Shown: one piece after another, positions 58,044 to 64,000 of the stretch | How the letters are laid out: every line of letters starts with the position of its first letter | Position numbering within the stretch: position 1 is the first letter of the stretch | DNA from: Solirubrobacteraceae bacterium | GTDB taxonomy: Bacteria > Actinomycetota > Thermoleophilia > Solirubrobacterales > Solirubrobacteraceae | NCBI GenBank assembly: GCA_035486935.1 | Contig: DATHMQ010000106.1 | Coordinates: 1,187 to 65,186 of the forward strand | Reading direction: 5' to 3' | Length of the DNA: 64,000 bases | Notes under the pieces: generated by a model | What the model was told of the DNA's origin: nothing | The model's database searches: none | The model's input: only the letters and a program-made list of their open reading frames with translations | Made by a program: the position numbers and the translations under genes

Positions 58044-59027
58044 TCAACTCGCCTCGACGGGCGCTGCCTCCATGCTGTCGGCCACCGCATCCATTACGTG
58101 ATGGTGAACGTCCTCGCTGGAGTGTTGGTATGCCTTGACGTCGGCCGAGGCACGGCGCAGGCGCTCGCGCACGATTGTGCGCAGCACACGCCCGCCGTCG
58201 CGGAATGTACGCAGGTTGCTCTGCCCGTAGATACGGTCGCTCTCAAAGCTCGGCACCTCACGGATGTCGAGCCCAGCGCGTGCGACGCGGATGTTGATGA
58301 GCGTCTCCACCTCAAAGCCCGTGCAGTCCACCTTCATCGCACCGAGGCAGTGTCGCCAGAACGCGTTGTAGCCGTAGCAGAGGTCGGAGTAGGAGGTACG
58401 AAAGAGGAAGTTGACGAGTCCGTTCAATGCGCGATTGCCCGTGCGGCGCAGCGGCGTTATGTCAGAGCTCCCACCTCCCTCGCGAAAGCGCGAGCCCTTG
58501 GCGAAGTCCGCTCCCGCCACAAGCGTCTCGACGAAGGCAGGAATCTCACTCGGGTCGGCTGAGCCATCCGCGTCGAGCATCACGAGGATGTCGCCGGTGG
58601 CGGCCTCGAAGCCGCAGCGCAGCGCGTCTCCCTTGCCACGGTTCTGCTGCAGCACGATCTTGGCGTCAGGCCGTAGCAGACGCACGACGTCGAGCGTGTC
58701 ATCAGTTGAGAAGCCGTCGACGACGATCACCTCGTGCAGATCGCGCGGCAGCTTCGCAAACACGTGCGGTAGGTTCTGGGCCTCGTTGAGCGTGGGAATG
58801 ATCACGCTCACCTGTGGCCAGCCTGCCGGCGCCCCGCCCTTGTGCGAGCGATGACCGGCGTCGACAATCGGCGTTCTCGTGCGCGGCTGAGGCTCGGGAG
58901 CTTCGCTCGCGATCGATTCCTGCTCGCCTACGTGCCGTAGGTGTTGTGTTCTTACGGCAAGCTCTCTAGCTGCCAACTGCGACTCGTCCATACCGCTCAT
59001 CGCCTGATGTCCTTTAGTCGCTTCCAT
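58044..59027 (-). CDS. Glycosyltransferase family 2 (DPM1-like)
   Basis: IIPTLNEA, VDGFSTD, MLDADGS, KGSRF and GFEVET motifs; GGGGAGGG RBS. Confidence 0.92.
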   Translation of the reverse strand: MEATKGHQAMSGMDESQLAARELAVRTQHLRHVGEQESIASEAPEPQPRTRTPIVDAGHRSHKGGAPAGWPQVSVIIPTLNEAQNLPHVFAKLPRDLHEVIVVDGFSTDDTLDVVRLLRPDAKIVLQQNRGKGDALRCGFEAATGDILVMLDADGSADPSEIPAFVETLVAGADFAKGSRFREGGGSSDITPLRRTGNRALNGLVNFLFRTSYSDLCYGYNAFWRHCLGAMKVDCTGFEVETLINIRVARAGLDIREVPSFESDRIYGQSNLRTFRDGGRVLRTIVRERLRRASADVKAYQHSSEDVHHHVMDAVADSMEAAPVEAS

Positions 59028-59227
59028 GCAACCCTCCCCCGACCCCGATATGTGTGTCTTACAAACGCGCGACTCGTCGGCTCTCTTTCGCAAAGCCAAA
59101 CGCACCGTGGGGAATTCCGACACTCCCCACTGGGAAAACCTCCTGAGAAGCTCGCTTACTGGCCACCACCCGCTGGTCGGCCCCACCGTGCCTACCAGCC
59201 GTGCTTGAGCCGCACCCTAGCAGACTG

Positions 59228-59365
59228 GACGAATATTGGAAGGCGTCTTTTCACATTTAAATTTGATTCAAAAGGGTGAGATTTTGGTTCAGGGGAATGA
59301 GATAGCGGCTTGGCCATTTGGCCAAAATTTCAACTGACGGAAAGATAGATTCCCGTTAGTAGAAT
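59228..59365. promoter_or_regulatory. AT-rich upstream region of the 59027-51106 operon
   Basis: AT-rich tract (TTTTCACATTTAAATTTGATTCAAAA) and near-palindrome TTGGCCATTTGGCCAA in otherwise GC-rich DNA. Confidence 0.4.
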
Positions 59366-59366
59366 G

Positions 59367-59900
59367 TCAAGTCTGGGCAAGGAGGCGCTGGCCGCCTGCA
59401 CCGCGCCCTGGCGATGCGCTTGCGGCTATGCGCGTGCTGACCCAAAACAGCAGCGCGATCCCAATCGGGCAGACGAGCCACGGGATCGAATTGGGGTGCT
59501 TCAGCGGGTATGCCCAGTACTCATCTCCGCCGGCCGCGTCGAACAGCAGGTGAGAAACAATGATCGCCAACACCGACCAGCTGAGTTGCTTACTGCGAGT
59601 AATGCTGTATACCAGCAGCGTAAGCACAAGCGCGAACAGTAGGCTGTGAGTATCGGGCCGGTGGTTCAAGGTCTCGAGCGCGTGCGGGCGAAAGCTACCG
59701 GCGGCCACGACGTGATCGAGATCGACCGCAGGGCCGCCGATGAAGGCGAGCACCCCGTAGAGAACTCGTTTGTCGCTGCGCAGCACGAGTGGCAGGACCA
59801 CGAAGAGACTGATGCCTCCGTGTATAAAAACTGCCCCCACCGCCGAGAGCGTCGGGTGCTGAGGCGAGGTGAGAAATGGCCAGCCACGGTAAGGGTGCAT
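59367..59900 (-). CDS. Membrane-bound metal-dependent hydrolase (YdjM-like)
   Basis: DLDH, HRPDTHSLLF and SHLLFD motifs with TM helices. Confidence 0.8.
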   Translation of the reverse strand: MHPYRGWPFLTSPQHPTLSAVGAVFIHGGISLFVVLPLVLRSDKRVLYGVLAFIGGPAVDLDHVVAAGSFRPHALETLNHRPDTHSLLFALVLTLLVYSITRSKQLSWSVLAIIVSHLLFDAAGGDEYWAYPLKHPNSIPWLVCPIGIALLFWVSTRIAASASPGRGAGGQRLLAQT

Positions 59901-59946
59901 CGCTCGGCAGCTTAGATCCGTGGCAGTCGCCGAAGCGCAGGGATCA

Positions 59947-60011
59947 TTGAGCGTTTACGCAGGCCAGATTGAGCATTTACGCAAGAAGGATTGGCGTTTA
60001 CGCATGCTAGA
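59947..60011 (+). repeat. Three-unit TTTACGCA array, same family as 37539-37648
   Basis: TTGAGCGTTTACGCAGGCCAGA / TTGAGCATTTACGCAAGAAGGA / TTGGCGTTTACGCATGCTAGA; TTACG at 59955, 59977 and 59998. Confidence 0.88.
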
Positions 60012-60987
60012 TCCCCTCCAGCGAGTGCTGCAGGGCCTCCAGCACTCGCACCACGCGGAGACCGCTGTGGCCGTCCGAGCGCGGTGTCCTGCCGTCGCGG
60101 ATGCAGTCGATGAAGTGCTGGCACTCCAGGCGTAGGGGCTCGGCGTTAGCAAGGCGCGGGGAGAAGGACTCGCCGGCGCGGGCGATGTACTCGCCCCACG
60201 AGCTTGCGTCCTCGTCAAAGCCCTTGTCGTAGACGGTCAGCTTGCCCTCTGTTCGCATGTCGTCGAACGTCGCCATGCGCTTGGAGCCGACGACGGTGAT
60301 GCGCCGCTCCTTGTGGGGGTCGAGCCAGGAGAGGTGCAGGTGAGCGACCTGCCCCGAGGGAAAGCGCAGGTAGCAGAAGACGACATCCTGGACGCCGCCA
60401 CGCACATAAGACTCGCCATGCGCCGAGCACTCGACCGGCTCCTCGCCGATCAGATGCAAGACGACCGACACGTCGTGCGCGCCCAGGCTCCAAAGCGCAT
60501 TCTCCTCGGCGCGCAGCTTGCCCAAGTTGACGCGGTTGCCGTACACGTAGTAGAGCGAGCCCAGCTCATCCGCGTTGAGCAGTTCCTTCAGACGAGTGAC
60601 CGCAGGGTGGTACTCGAGCAGGTGGCCCACCATCAAAATGCGCCCAGCCTTCTCGGCCGCGTCAACCGCCCGCTGCGCATCTGCGACGGTCGTGGCAAGC
60701 GGCTTCTCGACAAAGCAGTGCTTGCCTGCCTCGAGCACGCGCGCGGCCAGTTCTGCGTGTGTGGGCACGGGCGTGGCCAGCACGACCGCGTCGAGTTCGG
60801 GGTCGGCGAGCAGTTCATCGATCTTGGTGCCGGTGCGCACTCCAGGAAAGGCATCGGCCAGCTTGACGCGGATCTGCTCGGAGCCGTCGCAAAGCCAGGT
60901 CAGCTCGCAGCCGTCGATCGCGGCGAAGTTACGCGCCAGATTCGGGCCCCAATAGCCGAGCCCGACGACGCCGACGTTGACGCTCAA
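60007..60987 (-). CDS. Gfo/Idh/MocA oxidoreductase
   Basis: VVGLGYWGPNLARN, GKHCFVEKPLA and SLGAHD motifs; TTGA overlap with wecB-like gene. Confidence 0.93.
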   Translation of the reverse strand: MSVNVGVVGLGYWGPNLARNFAAIDGCELTWLCDGSEQIRVKLADAFPGVRTGTKIDELLADPELDAVVLATPVPTHAELAARVLEAGKHCFVEKPLATTVADAQRAVDAAEKAGRILMVGHLLEYHPAVTRLKELLNADELGSLYYVYGNRVNLGKLRAEENALWSLGAHDVSVVLHLIGEEPVECSAHGESYVRGGVQDVVFCYLRFPSGQVAHLHLSWLDPHKERRITVVGSKRMATFDDMRTEGKLTVYDKGFDEDASSWGEYIARAGESFSPRLANAEPLRLECQHFIDCIRDGRTPRSDGHSGLRVVRVLEALQHSLEGI

Positions 60988-62048
60988 AGCGCTCCAATCG
61001 CGGCCACACAACGCTCGGCCGCTTTGCCGTCGCCGTAGAGCTGGGGATGTGTTTGGGGAATGGGTCGTGCCAGGGCCGAGAGAACACGCTCCACATCGAG
61101 ATCGACGAGCGTGTTCCAGCCACTCTGGACGGTCTCCACCCACTCGGTGGTGGACCTCAAGGTGATACAGGGCACCCCGGCAAGGTACGCCTCCTTCTGG
61201 ACGCCACCGGAGTCGGTCAGCACTGCGCGCGCATTCTGTACCAGCGCACTGAAGCGCACATAGCCAAGCGGCTCGTAGAGAGTCACGCTGTCGAGTGCCT
61301 GCAGCCGCTCCAGCAGACCTGTTTCGCGTAGGCGCGCGCGTGTACGCGGGTGCACCGGGAAGATCACGCGTCCGGGCAGTGCGGCCACGACATCTACGAA
61401 CATCTGCAGGCGCGCTGGATCATCGACATTTCCGGCGCGGTGGGCGGTCAGCAGCAGGTAGTCGCCGGCCTCGATGGCAAAACCGGCGAGAGCTTCGTTG
61501 TTCGCTCCAGCCGCGGTGCGCCACTTGAACGCAACATCGATCATCACGTCCCCGACCACCTGGATCTTCCCCTGCGCCGACTCTTTCCTGAGGTTCTCGG
61601 CCGCCGTCTCGGACGCGCACAGCAACAGCTCGCTCATGTGGTCTGTGAGCACCCGATTGAGCTCCTCGGGCATCGCCCGGTCGAACGAGCGCATGCCGGC
61701 CTCGACGTGCACCACCGGCACACCGCGCTGGGCGCTTGCCAGTGCGCCCGCAAGCGTCGAGTTGGTGTCGCCGTAGACGAGCGTCGCGTCGGGCTCGACC
61801 TCGGCCAGCAGGTGCTCCAGTGCCGCCAGCATGCGCGCGGTCTGCGAGGTGTTCGAGCCACCGCCGATCCCAAGTTCGCGCTCTGGCGCCTGCAGTCCGA
61901 GCTCTGAGAAGAAAACGCTCGAGAGCGAGTCGTCGTAGTGCTGGCCGGTATGAACGAGGATCTCCTCGTGCTCGGCGCGCAAGGGCCCGGAGACCGCGGC
62001 TGCCTTTATGAACTGTGGCCGGTTGCCTACGACTGTGAGGACGCGCAT
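60984..62048 (-). CDS. wecB: UDP-N-acetylglucosamine 2-epimerase (non-hydrolysing; WecB/WbpI-like)
   Basis: GNRPQFIK, HTGQHYD, YGDTNST, HVEAGMRSF and TDSGGVQKEA motifs. Confidence 0.93.
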   Translation of the reverse strand: MRVLTVVGNRPQFIKAAAVSGPLRAEHEEILVHTGQHYDDSLSSVFFSELGLQAPERELGIGGGSNTSQTARMLAALEHLLAEVEPDATLVYGDTNSTLAGALASAQRGVPVVHVEAGMRSFDRAMPEELNRVLTDHMSELLLCASETAAENLRKESAQGKIQVVGDVMIDVAFKWRTAAGANNEALAGFAIEAGDYLLLTAHRAGNVDDPARLQMFVDVVAALPGRVIFPVHPRTRARLRETGLLERLQALDSVTLYEPLGYVRFSALVQNARAVLTDSGGVQKEAYLAGVPCITLRSTTEWVETVQSGWNTLVDLDVERVLSALARPIPQTHPQLYGDGKAAERCVAAIGAL

Positions 62049-62057
62049 CGGCGCAGC

Positions 62058-62960
62058 TTATGCAGCTGCGCCGACCACAGAGGTGGACCAGTCGATCACA
62101 GACGTCGGCTTGACCACATGGCGGGAGAGCCCGAGCTCCTTCGGCTCCAGGCCGAGTGCGAGCCCGACCAGCTGGGGAAGGTGCAGGACCGGCATGTTCA
62201 GCTCGCGCCCAACAACTTTCTCAGCCAGCGGCTGCTGCATGTCGAGGTTCAGGTGGCAGAGAGGGCAGGGAGTCACAAGGCAATCGGCCTCAGCGTCGAC
62301 CGCATCGCCAAGGTGGCGCCCAGCCTGCTTGAGCGAGGCCTCCTTGTTCATCGTGACGATCGGAAAGCCGCAGCACTTGCGCATCCCGGCGTACTCGATC
62401 ACGCTGCCGCCAAGGGCCTCGATCAACTGCTCCAGGTAATGGTCACGAGGATGCTCTGAGTCGATGCCCAAACGCTCGCGCGGACGCACGATGTAGCAGC
62501 CGTAGAACGGACCGACTTTGAGGTTGGTCAGCGGACGCTTGACCATCCCGCGCAGCTTGTCCAAGCCGATCTCCTCGACCAGCAGCCAGAGGAAGTTCTT
62601 GTTGGTAAGCCCCTTCTCGTAGCTGAGCCCCTCGTCGGCGAGCGTGGAGTTGACCTGCGCCCTGTACTCGGCGTTGGCATCCAGCCGCTCCTGGCACTCG
62701 CCTTGGGCGCCTTGGCAGGTGGAGCAGATGTTCATCATCAGCTCCGCCCCTTGAACTTGCTGAGCCAGCGCAAAGGTGCGCGCGTTGAGCGTGTCGGCAA
62801 GCTCTTGGTTGTGCTCTGCGATCACGCCGCAGCCGGTGCAGTTAGCACGCTCGAGTTCGACCAGCTCAATGTCCAAGAGCGGGGCAACCTTTGCCATCGA
62901 GCCGTGCAGCTCGGGAGTGAAGCCCCTGCTCACGCAGCCGGGCCAGTAGGCGACCTTCAT
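62058..62960 (-). CDS. HdrB-like CCG-domain subunit of a type E succinate dehydrogenase
   Basis: YWPGC, NCTGCG, CSTC, FYGC, KCCG and CPLC motifs; follows sdhB. Confidence 0.88.
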   Translation of the reverse strand: MKVAYWPGCVSRGFTPELHGSMAKVAPLLDIELVELERANCTGCGVIAEHNQELADTLNARTFALAQQVQGAELMMNICSTCQGAQGECQERLDANAEYRAQVNSTLADEGLSYEKGLTNKNFLWLLVEEIGLDKLRGMVKRPLTNLKVGPFYGCYIVRPRERLGIDSEHPRDHYLEQLIEALGGSVIEYAGMRKCCGFPIVTMNKEASLKQAGRHLGDAVDAEADCLVTPCPLCHLNLDMQQPLAEKVVGRELNMPVLHLPQLVGLALGLEPKELGLSRHVVKPTSVIDWSTSVVGAAA

Positions 62961-62994
62961 GTGGTGCTCCCTTCGGGTGCTGGGGCGTCCGCGG

Positions 62995-63999
62995 TCATGC
63001 GCTCGCCTCGGGTCCGGGGCCCGGGGAGGCGACTCCGACCGGCGTCTGCTCGGCGTCTTCGTCAACGCCTGAGATGTACAGGTTCAGCTCGTAACGCTCG
63101 GGCTTGCCCTCGATCTTCTCGTAGATCCGCTTGACCGCGTTCAGATCCTGCTTGGGGATCTTGTGACCGAAGAGGGCGATCTTGATGCTCATCTTGCGTT
63201 TCATTACGGCGCGAATCGCGACTGGTAGCGAGCTGAGCAGCTCCTTACCGGCAGCGGGATGGAACTTGCCAAACCAAGAGTTGCCGCCGTAGGAGCGAGG
63301 CAGCATCTCCGCCTCATGCAACAGCCCATAGTCCTTGATCAACGTCACGACGGTTTCCTCGTGGCGGTGGCCGTTGTTCTGGTCGTTGATGTGCTGGTCG
63401 GCTCCGGCGATGCGTCGCAGTCGCATGATCTGCCCCATCGGGTTGACGTCCTTGGGACAGGCCTGCACGCACTTGAAGCAATGGGTGCAGTCATAGATGC
63501 CCTGAGGGTCTTCGCTCAGATCGAGCAACCGCTCACGCTGTTCTTCGTCGCGAGGATCGCCGACGAAGCGGTAGGCCTTGGCAAGCGCGGCGGGTCCGAT
63601 GAAGCCGGGGTCGACCTCCATCGCCAAACAGTCCGACACGCAGGCCCCGCACTGTATGCAGGCCATCGTCTGCGTGATGTCGACCATCGACTCGCGCGGC
63701 ACGATGTGCTCGCGCTCGGGCTGGGGACCCTCATTGATGAGCCACGGAGTCACGCGCTGCACCTTCTTCCAGTGCACGGCGTCCATGTCGACGATCATGT
63801 CCTTGATCACGGGCATGTTGCCCATCGGCTCGACCTCGATCACGCCGTCCTTGCTGGACGCACGCGCATGGTCGAGGTGGGTGTGGCAGGCAAGCCCGGG
63901 TTCGCCGTTGATGCGCACGCCGCATGAGCCGCAGATGGCGGCACGACAGGAGCAGCGGATGCCGATCGAACCATCGAACTTCGCCTTGGCCTGGAGAAT
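62995..63999 (-). CDS. sdhB: Succinate dehydrogenase/fumarate reductase iron-sulfur subunit, 5'-truncated by window edge
   Basis: CSCRAAICGSC...LAC (2Fe-2S); CIQCGACVSDC and CTHCFKCVQACP. Confidence 0.93.
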   Translation of the reverse strand: MLQAKAKFDGSIGIRCSCRAAICGSCGVRINGEPGLACHTHLDHARASSKDGVIEVEPMGNMPVIKDMIVDMDAVHWKKVQRVTPWLINEGPQPEREHIVPRESMVDITQTMACIQCGACVSDCLAMEVDPGFIGPAALAKAYRFVGDPRDEEQRERLLDLSEDPQGIYDCTHCFKCVQACPKDVNPMGQIMRLRRIAGADQHINDQNNGHRHEETVVTLIKDYGLLHEAEMLPRSYGGNSWFGKFHPAAGKELLSSLPVAIRAVMKRKMSIKIALFGHKIPKQDLNAVKRIYEKIEGKPERYELNLYISGVDEDAEQTPVGVASPGPGPEASA

Positions 64000-64000
64000 G

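Noticed and set aside
1-64000. tRNA, rRNA, transposase, integrase or prophage genes
   Set aside because: No recognisable sequence or protein motif for any of these was found

Overview
High-GC window, most likely from a Thermoleophilia/Solirubrobacterales-type actinobacterium (inferred from composition and gene content). About 55 kb is a mosaic of cell-surface polysaccharide genes: about 12 GT2/GT4-type glycosyltransferases (one GT2-GT4 fusion), a priming sugar transferase, Wzz-like and Wzy-like proteins, three flippases, amino-sugar enzymes (2 DegT, 2 Gfo/Idh/MocA, epimerase, acetyltransferase, WecB/WbpI-like), a sulfation module (CysC plus sulfotransferase), two methyltransferases and a deacetylase. 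Interspersed are six secreted modular proteins (two paralogous PKD/beta-helix proteins, a giant DUF4082/FN3 protein, three GH16 paralogs), two NarL/LuxR regulators, an ECF sigma factor, a Phd-RelE toxin-antitoxin pair, efeO-efeB-lhgO, and an AAA+ ATPase/DUF4143 gene. The window ends in a type E-like succinate dehydrogenase (sdhB plus CCG subunit). The main signals not explained by the genes are a TTACG-cored, 22-bp-period array in front of the AAA+/DUF4143 gene with a sister array 22 kb downstream, a third unrelated 22-bp array, two highly structured intergenic regions (candidate ncRNA or leader), and an apparently catalytically dead nucleotidyltransferase. All family calls are from motif recognition by eye; no searches were run.
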